Shown piece by piece: positions 25,341 through 35,953 of a stretch of 64,000 bases of DNA. The stretch's first letter is position 1; every line of letters starts with the position of its first letter. Under the pieces are notes generated by a model, which had not been told where the DNA came from, did no database searches, and saw nothing but the letters and a program-made list of their open reading frames with translations. Both the position numbers and the translations under genes were made by a program. This DNA comes from Camelus dromedarius (lineage: Eukaryota): NCBI RefSeq assembly GCF_036321535.1, contig NC_087437.1:16060001-16124000 (forward strand), given 5' to 3'.

Positions 25341-26754
25341 CACCTCCAATATGGAGGCTTTGTTGGATGGTGGAACTCGACTGCACTGGGAGGCAGGAGC
25401 CCCAGTTTCCAGGGCCCTCCGTAACTGACAGCCACACAGCCGTGGCCCCATGACTGAACCGCTCTAGATCCATTTTCGCATTTGTAAAATGATACCAATT
25501 TACCTCGCTGAGAGTGGAAGGCCAGATGGGTCGCAGTCTAGTCTGCGAAGAGGCATGCCCTCCAGCCATTACAGCTGAACTTGGCCAGCAAGGTGAGGGT
25601 TAGGCTGCTTTTGACTCATTTAGAGGCTCCTGGGTTTTGTACACAGTTGATTCTGATAATGCAAGAAATTGGGGTAATTTAAACTATCTGGATTCATAAG
25701 CCACCATTATATCCTTTCAGCTTTTAATTGGGGGCCCTTATTTGCTACTTTTTATCAGTTAATAAGGTGAATGTTGACATTCCAAAATGTTCTTTAGCCA
25801 ATTGGCCACATGGCCTCATATCACCGCCAAGTTAATCTAACAGTTCGATAGAATAGAATATCATGAGTGACCAGTAAACAGCGTGATGTCAGAGTCACAG
25901 CAAGCTTCCACTCCAGTCCGCCTTTCCGCACACACGTGAACTAGAGCCTTGTGGCTTATCTCAGGAAAATAGTAACAATTTCTCCCTAGGGTGCCTCTTT
26001 TGGGTGCTAGGGGCTTTCTAAACATTACCTCCTCTTCCCCTCACATCCCAGTTTGGTAAATACTAGTATTGCTGCTTTGGGGAAAGAAACTCATTCACAA
26101 AGAAGTTAAAAAACTAACAAAACCAACTTGGCCAGATCGCACAGCTAGCAAAGGATCTACAGCCTGGGTTCTTTGCCCTGCAGCCCGTGGCAGTGCTGGG
26201 AAGGGGCTGGATGTGTGGAAACCACTTGCCTTCCTCCTCATCTGTAGAGCCAAGGGCAGTCACCCCAGGGTGGGGCTGAAGGGCTTAATGACAGCAGGGT
26301 TGGGGATGGGGCGGGCTCGGAACCAAAACCATGGCTCCTCATTCCCCGATCCATGCGCAACTCCTCCACGGCCTTTCCCTGTCCGTGCAGGTCTCCTCCG
26401 TGGAAAAACTGTAGTTAATCTCAACATCTGATGCTGTGAAGGAGGGTCATCCTCCTCTTTCAGGCCCTGTCCCTACCTCCCGGTAATTTATACTAATTAT
26501 TAACAGAACACATGCACAGCAGCTCAGTGCCTGAGGGTGCTTCCACACCTCAGTGAAGCATACTGGTGTCCCAGAGGATAGACTGCTTTCCTCAGAAACG
26601 CAGAAAGTCCTCTGCCCAAGCGTTGGTTACCATTCCATATATTATGATAGATCCCTCACTTATAAAGTGCTTAACTATGAAGTCTGCTACATTGCCTTGA
26701 CCATTTCCAATATGTCTAAAGAAAAGACAGGACCTTGTGAGGGTATTTTGAAAT

Positions 26755-26970
26755 AATAACCACAATGATAATAATTCATCATATATTGAGTACCTATTAT
26801 ATGCCAGATACTCACAGATAGATGACTTCTGATCCTCAAAAGAAATAAAGATACTTGAAAGCCAGATATAACCAATTTCTGGCCGATGGAAATAAGTCAC
26901 AGAAAGGTTAAATGGCTTACCCGTGACTGCACAGGTCATAGCTAGGGAACCACAGAACCAGAACTCTAAA
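26755..26970 (-). mobile_element. MIR SINE fossil
   Basis: atatattgagtacctattatatgccag...gatggaaataagtcacagaaaggttaaatggcttacccgtgactgcacag. Confidence 0.65.
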
Positions 26971-27249
26971 CAGTTTTATTGTGTTTCAGTATATTTCTGA
27001 GCTCACTGTAGGATTAGATGAAACCGTGTTGACACTGAGGACCTCAGAATTAGCATGGCCCCTGAAATAAGAGATTGTGTCTTAATTTTAAATCCAAGTG
27101 TTTGTAACCAGAATGATTCACCCACCTGCTCCACAAGGTCGTGGAATCCTGGGCTGTAGAAGATGCCACCACGAACAGAACTCAGCCCAGCGGATGTCTG
27201 GAATTCAGTCCAAAGAAACAAAACCCATCATTCATCCATCCTATGGATG

Positions 27250-27458
27250 GAGGAGCCGCAAACTTCTTCTGTGAGGAGCAGGCTGTGAATATTTCAGGCT
27301 TGTGGGTCATAGAGTCCTCATCCCAACTACTAACTCTGCCTCTGTAGCAGGAAAGCAGCCGTGGGCAGCATGTCCCTAGATGGAAGTGGCGGGGATCCAA
27401 TAAAAGTTTATTTACAAAAGCAGGTAGCTGGCCAGTGGCTGTAGTTTGCCAAGCCCTG
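27250..27458. mobile_element. MER58A-like hAT-Charlie MITE
   Basis: gcaaacttcttctgtga...aatatttcaggcttgtgggtcata...caactactaactctgcc...ccaataaaagtttatttacaaaagcagg...gtagtttgccaagccctg. Confidence 0.8.
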
Positions 27459-28689
27459 AAAACCCTCCCTGGGTCTTCCGCTCCATATTACCCTCTCGGT
27501 TTGTGCTTGGGACACCTTTCAATTTCAGCGCCGTGAATACAATCAATGAGGTTTTTGCCTCCTGCAACAGCTCATTAATAGAGAGCTCAGATGCCATCGA
27601 GCTGATGACACTCCCAGAGCCTCTCCCATGTTCATCTCCATCCCCATTTTAATACGTTTCCATTCATCATCCTCTCCTGTTTACTGTCTTGTAGCACTTT
27701 TCACTCCTGGCATCAGCGCTTGTAGGCAAATCAGGGGAGGAGCATCGACATCTGCGCTCGGCTGTCTTAATGATTAAGCGTTTAGCTGAGGACTCACCCT
27801 CCATAATAACTGTCTAGGCTCGAACGGGCTGGTTGAGACCTTGGGAATTTCTACCCTTCCAATTTAGGATGATTTTCTCATAGAAACCCTTTCAGACCTT
27901 GGCAATATTTTGTGCTCAATCGATCGGTTCAAACAACTGGTCCGAAGTGTGCTGTTTATTCATTCATTTAGCACTGAGAAGCTGGGCACCCGGGCAGGGG
28001 GAGCCTTGTGCTAGGTTGGGGATGGAGGGAGGAAGAAGGCGTGGTCTCTGCCCTAGACAGATGCAGCCTCTGTCTCCCAGATGCTTATAAAAATCTGTCA
28101 TAAGCAACAAGAGAAAAAGCAACCCTGCTCTTTGCTCTCCCTTATTTGTCTGTGATTGACTAATGGTTTGAGAGGGAAAAGGGCGGATACTCATTTTAAT
28201 CACTGAACTTCTTGAAGAATGCATGGACGATAAAGTGGTGATGGGTTCATGTTTGGTCCTCACGATCCAAATGCCAATACACCCACATACATTTTTCAGT
28301 AAAAAGAGCTGCCCAGCCAGTGCCTCACGTATTTCAAGCAGTGCGTCCTTGCATCCAATTCCCATAAAGCCATGGAATTCAGGCAGCCGCCTGGATTTTG
28401 TAGCAATGGGATTTTGTCCTAATTCATAAGGTGGACGATGATTTTCATAGCTTCAGATCTCCAGTGTGTCAAGACAGTAATGACCAAAGCTCTAGGTGGC
28501 ACCTCTCCTAGGGTGGACGCCCTTCTTTCTGCTGAATCCCTGATTGGTGGTGATGGGGGTGGCGTTGGTGTTGGTGGTAAACTCATTTTTTTAAAATAGA
28601 TCAGATAGAGGCTGGGGAGGCCCCTCCCAGAGGCCAATGGATATTGCCTCCCTTAGGGGCACGGGCCTCTCTGTAACTTTCAGCTGTCT

Positions 28690-29165
28690 ATTTGAGCTGG
28701 CCTCTGGCCTGTGGTCCCTTACAACTGCTTCCAAGTCATTCATCACCAGCCGCTATGCCACCTACACTCCAGAGACGCCCCGTTTCTTGCAGGTTCCTGA
28801 ACTCCTGCGGGCCTTGCCTTTGCATGTTTTAATCTGTTCTCAGGGGATATTCAGTTCAACTCTCACTCTCCTCATTCATCCATGGGACTAATTTCTTTCA
28901 TCTTCCCTGACTCACTCATGCCACCCTTTCTATGAGCCCCTCCCGACCTCCTTATCAGTCTGGGCTGGGGGACCCTCTGCCACTCCCCCTCTGCCAGGTC
29001 ACTCAGTTGGCACTGCTGTCATCCTCTGTTTATTTTTGGCCCCACCTCACAAGGTATTGGGGACCCAAGGGGAGAGACCATGACTTGGGACCTGCAGCTC
29101 TTGTGTAGTGCCCAACACATGGTAGCATGACATCAGATGACCGCCTGGCCAAATGAGTGAATGAT
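28690..29165 (+). mobile_element. L2 LINE fossil 3' end
   Basis: gggccttgcctttgcatgtt...tagtgcccaacacatggtag...aaatgagtgaatga. Confidence 0.6.
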
Positions 29166-30810
29166 CACACATCATGTCATCCATTGTAGCCTTTGTAAAG
29201 TAGACTTTTACATATTTTAAGACAACAGTAATTTCTTACCATTGTGCTGTATTCTTTTGTCCTGGTTCAGCTTCACACATTTCTTCTGTGGTTTGACTAA
29301 GGATATGGCTTACAGATGGCTTACTAAGGATATGGCTTCTCATCATTAACTTTCCCCTCGTGTGTCACATGTCTCCTGGGCTGTTGTGCCTGAACTTGTC
29401 ACAGTACCCTAGATCAGCACATAGGACTCTGGGCCTCCCTCCTGGTGACCCAATGTCTTCTTTTTCACTAAGGTCGCCATTTTGCTCTAAGATTCATGGT
29501 GGAAACAGGGGCAGACCCAGATTCTAAACTTTGTTGCTGCACACTGCGGGGTGAGCCACCATCTCCAAGATGCTCGCGTGGAAATGATCAGAGGTGGGAT
29601 GGTGTGTACGAAGGTGCTGAGGGTGGGACGTCAGATGAGAGTCCGTGGGCTGGAATAGTGAGGGGTGCTTTCCTAGAAGAAGCGGCTTGAGGGGGAGAGG
29701 CTTAAGGCACCTGGAGAACGCAGGGGAGGCCTGGAGAGAGGCATTTCGGCCTGGGAAAGCAGTCCAGGCAGAGGCCTGGTGGTCAGGGCTGTGGCACCTG
29801 GGGGGACAGGAAGGTGGCAATTTTGGGGCATGTGAGAGCCTGGAGTTGACTTTGTTACAAAAGATCCAAGGACCGAGATTTAGGAGTTTTTTCTTTATCT
29901 GATAATAGTTTTAGGGAGTCAGAGATCTTTTTTACAAGAGAAGTTCGGATTTGGTAGGCAGGGAGTGGAAGAAAAGATGGGAGGCTACCAAAATCCAGGT
30001 ACAAACCACGTGTTGGGTAAGATTAGCAGAAAGAGAGGAAGTAGGGACACTTTAAGGACCTCACATTGGTGGGGAGAGTCAGAGGGATGAGATACACAAG
30101 CTGCGTCTATGCACACCCGACAACACGTGTGCAGGTAACAGGGACAGTAGAGGGCAGGGCAGTGCCGAAGAGAGTGACACACAGGAGTGGGGGCTGGCCC
30201 CCTGAATAGTGGGACGGGTGAGGACACAGGCCCTGCTCTCCAGGGAGGAGGGACATGCCCTCCCTGGATGCTGGCGGAGCGGAACTTGGAAGATGAGGAC
30301 CCAGACACACACTTGCCAAGGTGACAGTAGAAGCAGGGGTGCGAGGCAGTCCTGAATGGCCTCAAGCTCTTAGACAAAATCATTTGTCTGAAGACTTGAG
30401 GGCCCTTGAGGAGTGATCTAGAACAACCATTGCGAGAAGTGACCAGGAAGGTCTTGAGTGAGGATGCAGAAACGAGACAGAGAGAGGTGGGCAGGGTGCC
30501 AACGTGTGCTTCCGCTGAGGTCAAAGATGGATGTGCTTTGCTATTCTGCCTCTGAACCCTGGAGGGGGAAGGAGTGGAAAATGACTATGTGTCCCCCTGC
30601 CAGGCTGTGAGAATCAGCCACTCGCTCAGACCCCGCTCTTTAGAGCATCACCACCCCATGGTCCAGAGCTGGTTTGTCCAAGCCAGTCTGTCCCTATTTT
30701 GAGGGATGCCCTGGGGCTGGGGACAACTAGCAGATCTGCAGGACCAAAAACTGAGGGGGCCCATGTGCTCAGGAGCAGGCTGCTGACCTCGGCCCTTTGT
30801 TCTTTTGCAG

Positions 30811-30973
30811 GAACACAATGAATTCAACTCCTCCACGTCGCGGAGCCAAACCAACACCGCGCGGATTGACGGGCTGCGGCCAGGCATCGTATACGTGGTG
30901 CAGGTGCGCGCCCGCACCGTGGCCGGCTACGGCAAATTCAGCGGCAAGATGTGCTTCCAGACGCTGACAGACG
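30811..30973 (+). CDS. EPHB1: EPHB1 exon 7 (163 nt), rest of FN3 domain 2: EHNEFNSSTSRSQTNTARIDGLRPGIVYVVQVRARTVAGYG KFSGKMCFQTLTD
   Basis: Acceptor tcttttgcag, donor ACG|gtaagg; Eph FN3 motif YVVQVRARTVAGYG; phase 0 start fits the exon 6 end. Confidence 0.97.
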
Positions 30974-31196
30974 GTAAGGGGCCGGGACCTGGGAAGCCCG
31001 GTGACCTGGGCATGGGGCAAGCATTTGGGGAGGAGAAGCAGGACCTAAGAAGCTGTGCTCACAGCGAAAATGCTAGCCTCTAACTAGATTCCTGTGGAGT
31101 TCTCTCAGAAGGGTTCATCCTCAATAGGGCCCTGTAGATTTGCTTAACTCACTGGGCAGGATGTCTGTCTGAAGTCTGGCCCGTTTCTCAACATCT

Positions 31197-31333
31197 TTAT
31201 TTGTGGGGGACAGTAATTAGGTCTATTTATTTATTATTAAGTTTTTTTTATTCTAATGGAGGTACTGGGGATTGAACCCAGGACCTTGTGCATGTTAAGC
31301 ACGTGCTCTACCACTGAGCTATACCCTCTTCTA
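31197..31333 (-). mobile_element. tRNA-derived SINE (Vic-1-like) in intron 7
   Basis: 16-bp TSD ccgtttctcaacatct (31181-31196) / ccatttctcaacatct (31334-31349). Confidence 0.93.
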
Positions 31334-32099
31334 CCATTTCTCAACATCTCATGGGGTCGCTGGAAAGGCTGTCTGCAACACACACGCGCAGAGAGGCCCC
31401 CAAGTGTGGACCTGCGTTCGCACAGCAGTGAGACCCACACATAACTGAAGAATATGCCTCTGTTGGTGCCTCTGTGGTTTCACCCTCACTCCCACTTCAC
31501 GCCTCTGCTCTCGGGGCTGGGAGCTGAGCGCACAGCCTCACTGCACGAGCCAAGGTTGCCAGGAAGAAAGCAGAGAGACACAATTTGGGGAGTGGCTGTC
31601 TCACGCATCTCGGAATATTTGAAGCAGCTTCATGGGGTGACCCCCAGAAGGCCCTGCTTCATTGTAGCCAGAGAGATGGCCACTGTTTTCCAAATGATCC
31701 CCAAGGCCAGACAGTCTGTCACCAAAAATGCTTCCACCTTTGGGGTTTATTAGTTTCCTGTTATAACAATCTCCCCAGTCCTCTGAGACCACCCCCTTTA
31801 GTTGTTATGAAAATCTGACTTCCCTCAGCATTGCGTGTGGGTGTCTGTCTCTGTTAGCCACTGACCACAGAGTGTATGTTCATTTATCTATCTACTGTCT
31901 ATTTACCTGTTTCTCCATATTTATTTCTTCATTGATGACTTATTTCTGATCATTTCCCAAATGTCAGTCTGTTTCCAGCTTCCCAGTTGAAAGCCTTTAG
32001 TTTTTCCTTTATTACTTAAATCATATAGAAAACCAGCTGCCTTTATAAAACATTTTATTTTAGGCCAGTGCTCTCCAATGTAACTTGATAGGGCTGGAG

Positions 32100-32367
32100 G
32101 TTTTATATTGATTTATATTTTATATACATATGTATATATAATTGAAGTATAGTCAGTTTACAATGCCATGTCAATTTCTGGTGTACAGCATGATGGTTCA
32201 GTCATCCATATATGTACATATATTTGTTTTCTTATTCTTTTTCATTATAGGTTACTACAAGATATTGAATAGAGTTCCCTGTGCTGTACAGCAGAAACTT
32301 GTCATTTATTTATTTTACATATAGTTGTTAGTATCTGCAAATCTCGAAGTCCCAATTTATCCCTTCC
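32100..32367 (-). mobile_element. 5'-truncated L1 3' UTR fragment
   Basis: attgaagtatagtcagtttacaatg...tacaagatattgaatagagttccctgtgctgtacag...cccaatttatcccttcc. Confidence 0.85.
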
Positions 32368-33825
32368 TGACTCATATATTTAAACAATTTAAAAATTCAC
32401 CAGAAAGATTGGAAAATCAGATGATTTCATGTCAAAATTGTGATATCCATTTCGTTGTGAAAAATTGTAAGAGGAGCCAGGGCTGTTGGGTGTTCTGGTG
32501 TGAGGACTGGGCTCTGAGCTGGGGGCTTGCTGCCCCGTGCAGGGCTTACCCAGGGGTCTGAGCCTGGATGCTTTGATGTGAGCTGTCTGGCCTCTAGAAT
32601 TAGAGTTTGCAACTGGTGCTGAGTTTACTTAGGGGCGGTTTTGCTCGTATTTTGAGGCGGTGAGCTAGGGTAGAAAGGTGAACCAGTTGACTCAGATTAA
32701 TAAGGCAGCTGGTAGGAAGCGAACACAGGCTGTCTTCTGTTCCGTAAAGACTCTGTCACCCTCTTAGCACCTCACTTACCTTCTAGATTTATGGGCACTT
32801 TGACATCAGGAAACACACAGGATTAAAAGCCCAAAACTCAGCATGCTCTGAGCACTGGTCTCTTGGCAATTCTGCTAGACAAATCAAGAAGTAACAAATT
32901 TCTCCCAAGAAGGCTATTCCTTTTACATTTGGCAGTTAAGTTTTGTAAACCCAAGAGGGGCCGGATGTGAGAGAGTTCTGGTAAGTGGCCAAATTCTAGA
33001 GTGTTTGTCTTCATGACTGAGGTTCCCACATCAGTAGTAATTATATTCACCGAGGCTTCTGGTCTCTCTGCAGCACAAAGGTGAGTCTGAAGGTTGGTCA
33101 GTGATAGGGTCACTGGGGTGGGGGGACCTGTGGGTCCCACCCAGGGTCAGTGACCACGCTTTGGGCAGGTGACCTCCACATGGACCAGAGCCGCTGTGGT
33201 CCCTGGGCTGCTCTCAGCTACAGCCTGCTTACCTTTGACTTGGCCGCCTAATTTTTTTAAGCCATTTATACAGCAGGGCTTACCAAGGTTTACCACGGTT
33301 TACCATGTTTTCTAAGCACTCCAGGTGGTTCTTACGCGTCCCGATGGTGGAGAACCATCCTTCAACTCTATGGGTGGAGAAGGAGACTTCTAAACTCAAC
33401 GATGTTGGCTCTCGAAGCCTCTGGCTCTTTAAAAATCAGTTTGAAAGCCTGAAGGTCACATGGCTTAGGAAGTTTTTAATCTATTTGGACTCCTCACTTC
33501 CGTTTCTTTTTTTTCTCTTCCAAATTAATTTTTTAAGCACACGTGTTACAAAAAGCTCTCAGCAGAGGGAAACTGAAACTCTACCTTTAGTCTTTAAAAT
33601 TGATTTCTAGAGACTGGGAGGCTTGAAGAACAACATCCTTGTCTTTAGAAGTCTCCTCCTCCACCCACAGCGTTGAAGCATGGTTCCCAAACACTGGGGC
33701 ACATAAGAACCACCCAGAGTGCTTGGTAAACACACGGAGGTTCTAGATTCAGCAGATTTGAGCAGGAATGGGTCCTACAGTCAGGCTCAGGCACAGGGAG
33801 CCTCACTTCTAGAGGAACTGTCATG

Positions 33826-33953
33826 AGGGTGGCCAGATAAAACACAGGATGGCCAGTTAAATGTGAATTTCAGGTAAACAGCAAATACTGCTTTAGTGTA
33901 AGTATCCCAGATACTTCTATTCTGTATTTTTCTTTGCTATATCTGGCAACCCT
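33826..33953. mobile_element. MER53-like palindromic MITE, internally deleted
   Basis: Termini agggtggccagata / tatctggcaaccct; internal cagttaaatgtgaatttcaggtaaaca. Confidence 0.8.
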
Positions 33954-34893
33954 ACTTGTAACAGAACATACATAGCTTGGCTTGCATACGTCCCAGTCCT
34001 GAACATTAGATACTGACTCCTTGACTCCCCGGGTGTGAGTAACCACAAGGATACTAACAGGCCACTGGGCAGAGTGGTTTATGTAGATTAAGGAAGAGAA
34101 TTAGTGTTCGGGACATCTGTGCTAGGTCAGACACTGTGAAATAGGTGTCACATGATTTGATTAAAACATGTATTTTAACAGAGAAGGAGTCTGAGAGTCA
34201 GAGGGACTGAAAGCTTTGTCCAAGATCACAGGCTTCCCCGCGGGGAGAGCCAGGGTTTGGGTGAGCTCTGTCCGTCTCTGTGACCCACCGGCACCCACTC
34301 CCCTGTGTAATACAGCCTGGTTCCAACACTGGAGAAAAGCCTGGATCCTATTCTTCTAGAGTCTGAGGTGGAGACCGCGGGGCCGTCTCTGGGTGTTCCT
34401 TCCCCCTCCGCAGCTCCTGGTGCAGTGCTGGCTGGCTGCAGATGCTCTGAGGGGTCTGCTCGGTGACTCTGTTTACTCCAGTGCATGTCAGCAACGTTCG
34501 GTTTGAGAAGGTCCTTCAACAAGGGTTTCCTTCCCTGCCATTAGACGTGTCCTTGGCAAACCTTTGAGAGACCTTCTGAATCAGGGCGTGGAGACCTGGG
34601 TCACCTCTGCTCTGGGACAAACGTCATCAGCTCCATGTCCTGAGATCTTCTGTAATTGCTGTTTTGCTTTTAGTGTTGTCATTGTCATTTGGTTTTGGTT
34701 GTCTTTATTTGTGACTTAATGATGTATCCTTTGTTTGAGTCAGTCTTACTCTGAAGCGCAGAAACTCCCTAACTATCTATTTCTCTGGCTATCCGTCTGT
34801 CTATGTATCTGATGTGTTTGGTGTCATCACTGAGTACCAGCCCTATGCACAGGGCATACAGAAAGGTTCTAATGCCTTTTTTTTCTCACCTAG

Positions 34894-35002
34894 ACGATTA
34901 CAAGTCTGAGCTGCGGGAGCAGCTGCCCCTGATCGCTGGCTCGGCGGCGGCCGGGGTGGTGTTCGTGGTGTCCTTGGTGGCCATCTCCATCGTCTGTAGC
35001 AG
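34894..35002 (+). CDS. EPHB1: EPHB1 exon 8 (109 nt), transmembrane helix: (D)DYKSELREQLPLIAGSAAAGVVFVVSLVAISIVCS(R)
   Basis: Acceptor ttttttttctcacctag, donor CAG|gtagga; hydrophobic TM segment typical of EphB1. Confidence 0.97.
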
Positions 35003-35888
35003 GTAGGACCTCCACCCCGGCTCCTGCCTGCTCGCCTCAGACCCAGGAAGCCCCCACTTGTGGGCCCTTCCCCGGTCATGCAGACAAGACAGGGCCTGAC
35101 CATTCAGGGACACACCTGATGGTGTCATCAAAATCACCCCAATCATCACCCCCATCTCCATCCACAGGCAGCCTAGAATTCTCCAGATTGTTTATTTTCT
35201 CTGTGCCTGGGATAAAATCCTCTGTAAGAGCCAGGCAAAGCTCTGAGTAAACAGCATTTGTCCTCAAACCTCATTTTAGCCAAGACGTTTAGCCCCTGCT
35301 CACACAGGGCGGTTTTTTTGGAGTGACAGTTATAAAATTGTGTTTGACCCATTGGAGTATCACACCCTGTGCCGTAGCCCATCCTCTGGCTGGAGAGACA
35401 GGACCTTCGGCACAGGGAAAGTGGCAGGTGGGCAGGAGTGGAGCCGAGGAGGAAAAGACAAGCTGCAAGTTCTGCAGCAGGGCCGGTGCAAAGGCCTTGT
35501 GAATTTTTAATACTGTTGCTGCCGCCTTGGGCGGTTAGCACGGATTCTGCTGCGCACAGCCCTGTAGCCGGACCTGCAGCTCCGCAGTGCGGCCAGAGTG
35601 CTGGTAGGCATCCTCCAGAGCCTCTGCACCAAGCGCTGGTGGAGAACCCCCTGCCCTGCCAGCCTCTGAAAGACCTTGACTTGAAAACAGACCTAGCTGC
35701 CCACGGTGGTGGTTGAGCCAGAACGCTGGCCGCAACAGGAGCTCCACTTAAAGTGAGAGTTGCAGTTCCCAATGCTAAGAGATGTCTGGCTGAGCCCCTG
35801 TCAGGACTGGAGGCCCGGGTGGAGGTCCCGGGCGCAGAGTGGTGGGGTGCACCCCGGCTGAGAGAGCTTCTGCCCCTTGTATCCACAG

Positions 35889-35953
35889 GAAACGGGCTTA
35901 CAGCAAGGAAGCTGTGTACAGCGATAAACTCCAGCATTACAGCACAGGCCGAG
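35889..35953 (+). CDS. EPHB1: EPHB1 exon 9 (65 nt), juxtamembrane: (R)KRAYSKEAVYSDKLQHYSTGR(G)
   Basis: Acceptor ccccttgtatccacag, donor GAG|gtgagt; frame continuous with exons 8 and 10. Confidence 0.96.

Noticed and set aside
29296..29338. Local duplication actaaggatatggctt x2; similar short repeats at 12170-12200 and 33281-33310
   Set aside because: Ordinary slippage micro-duplications; not CRISPR-like (no regular repeat-spacer array)
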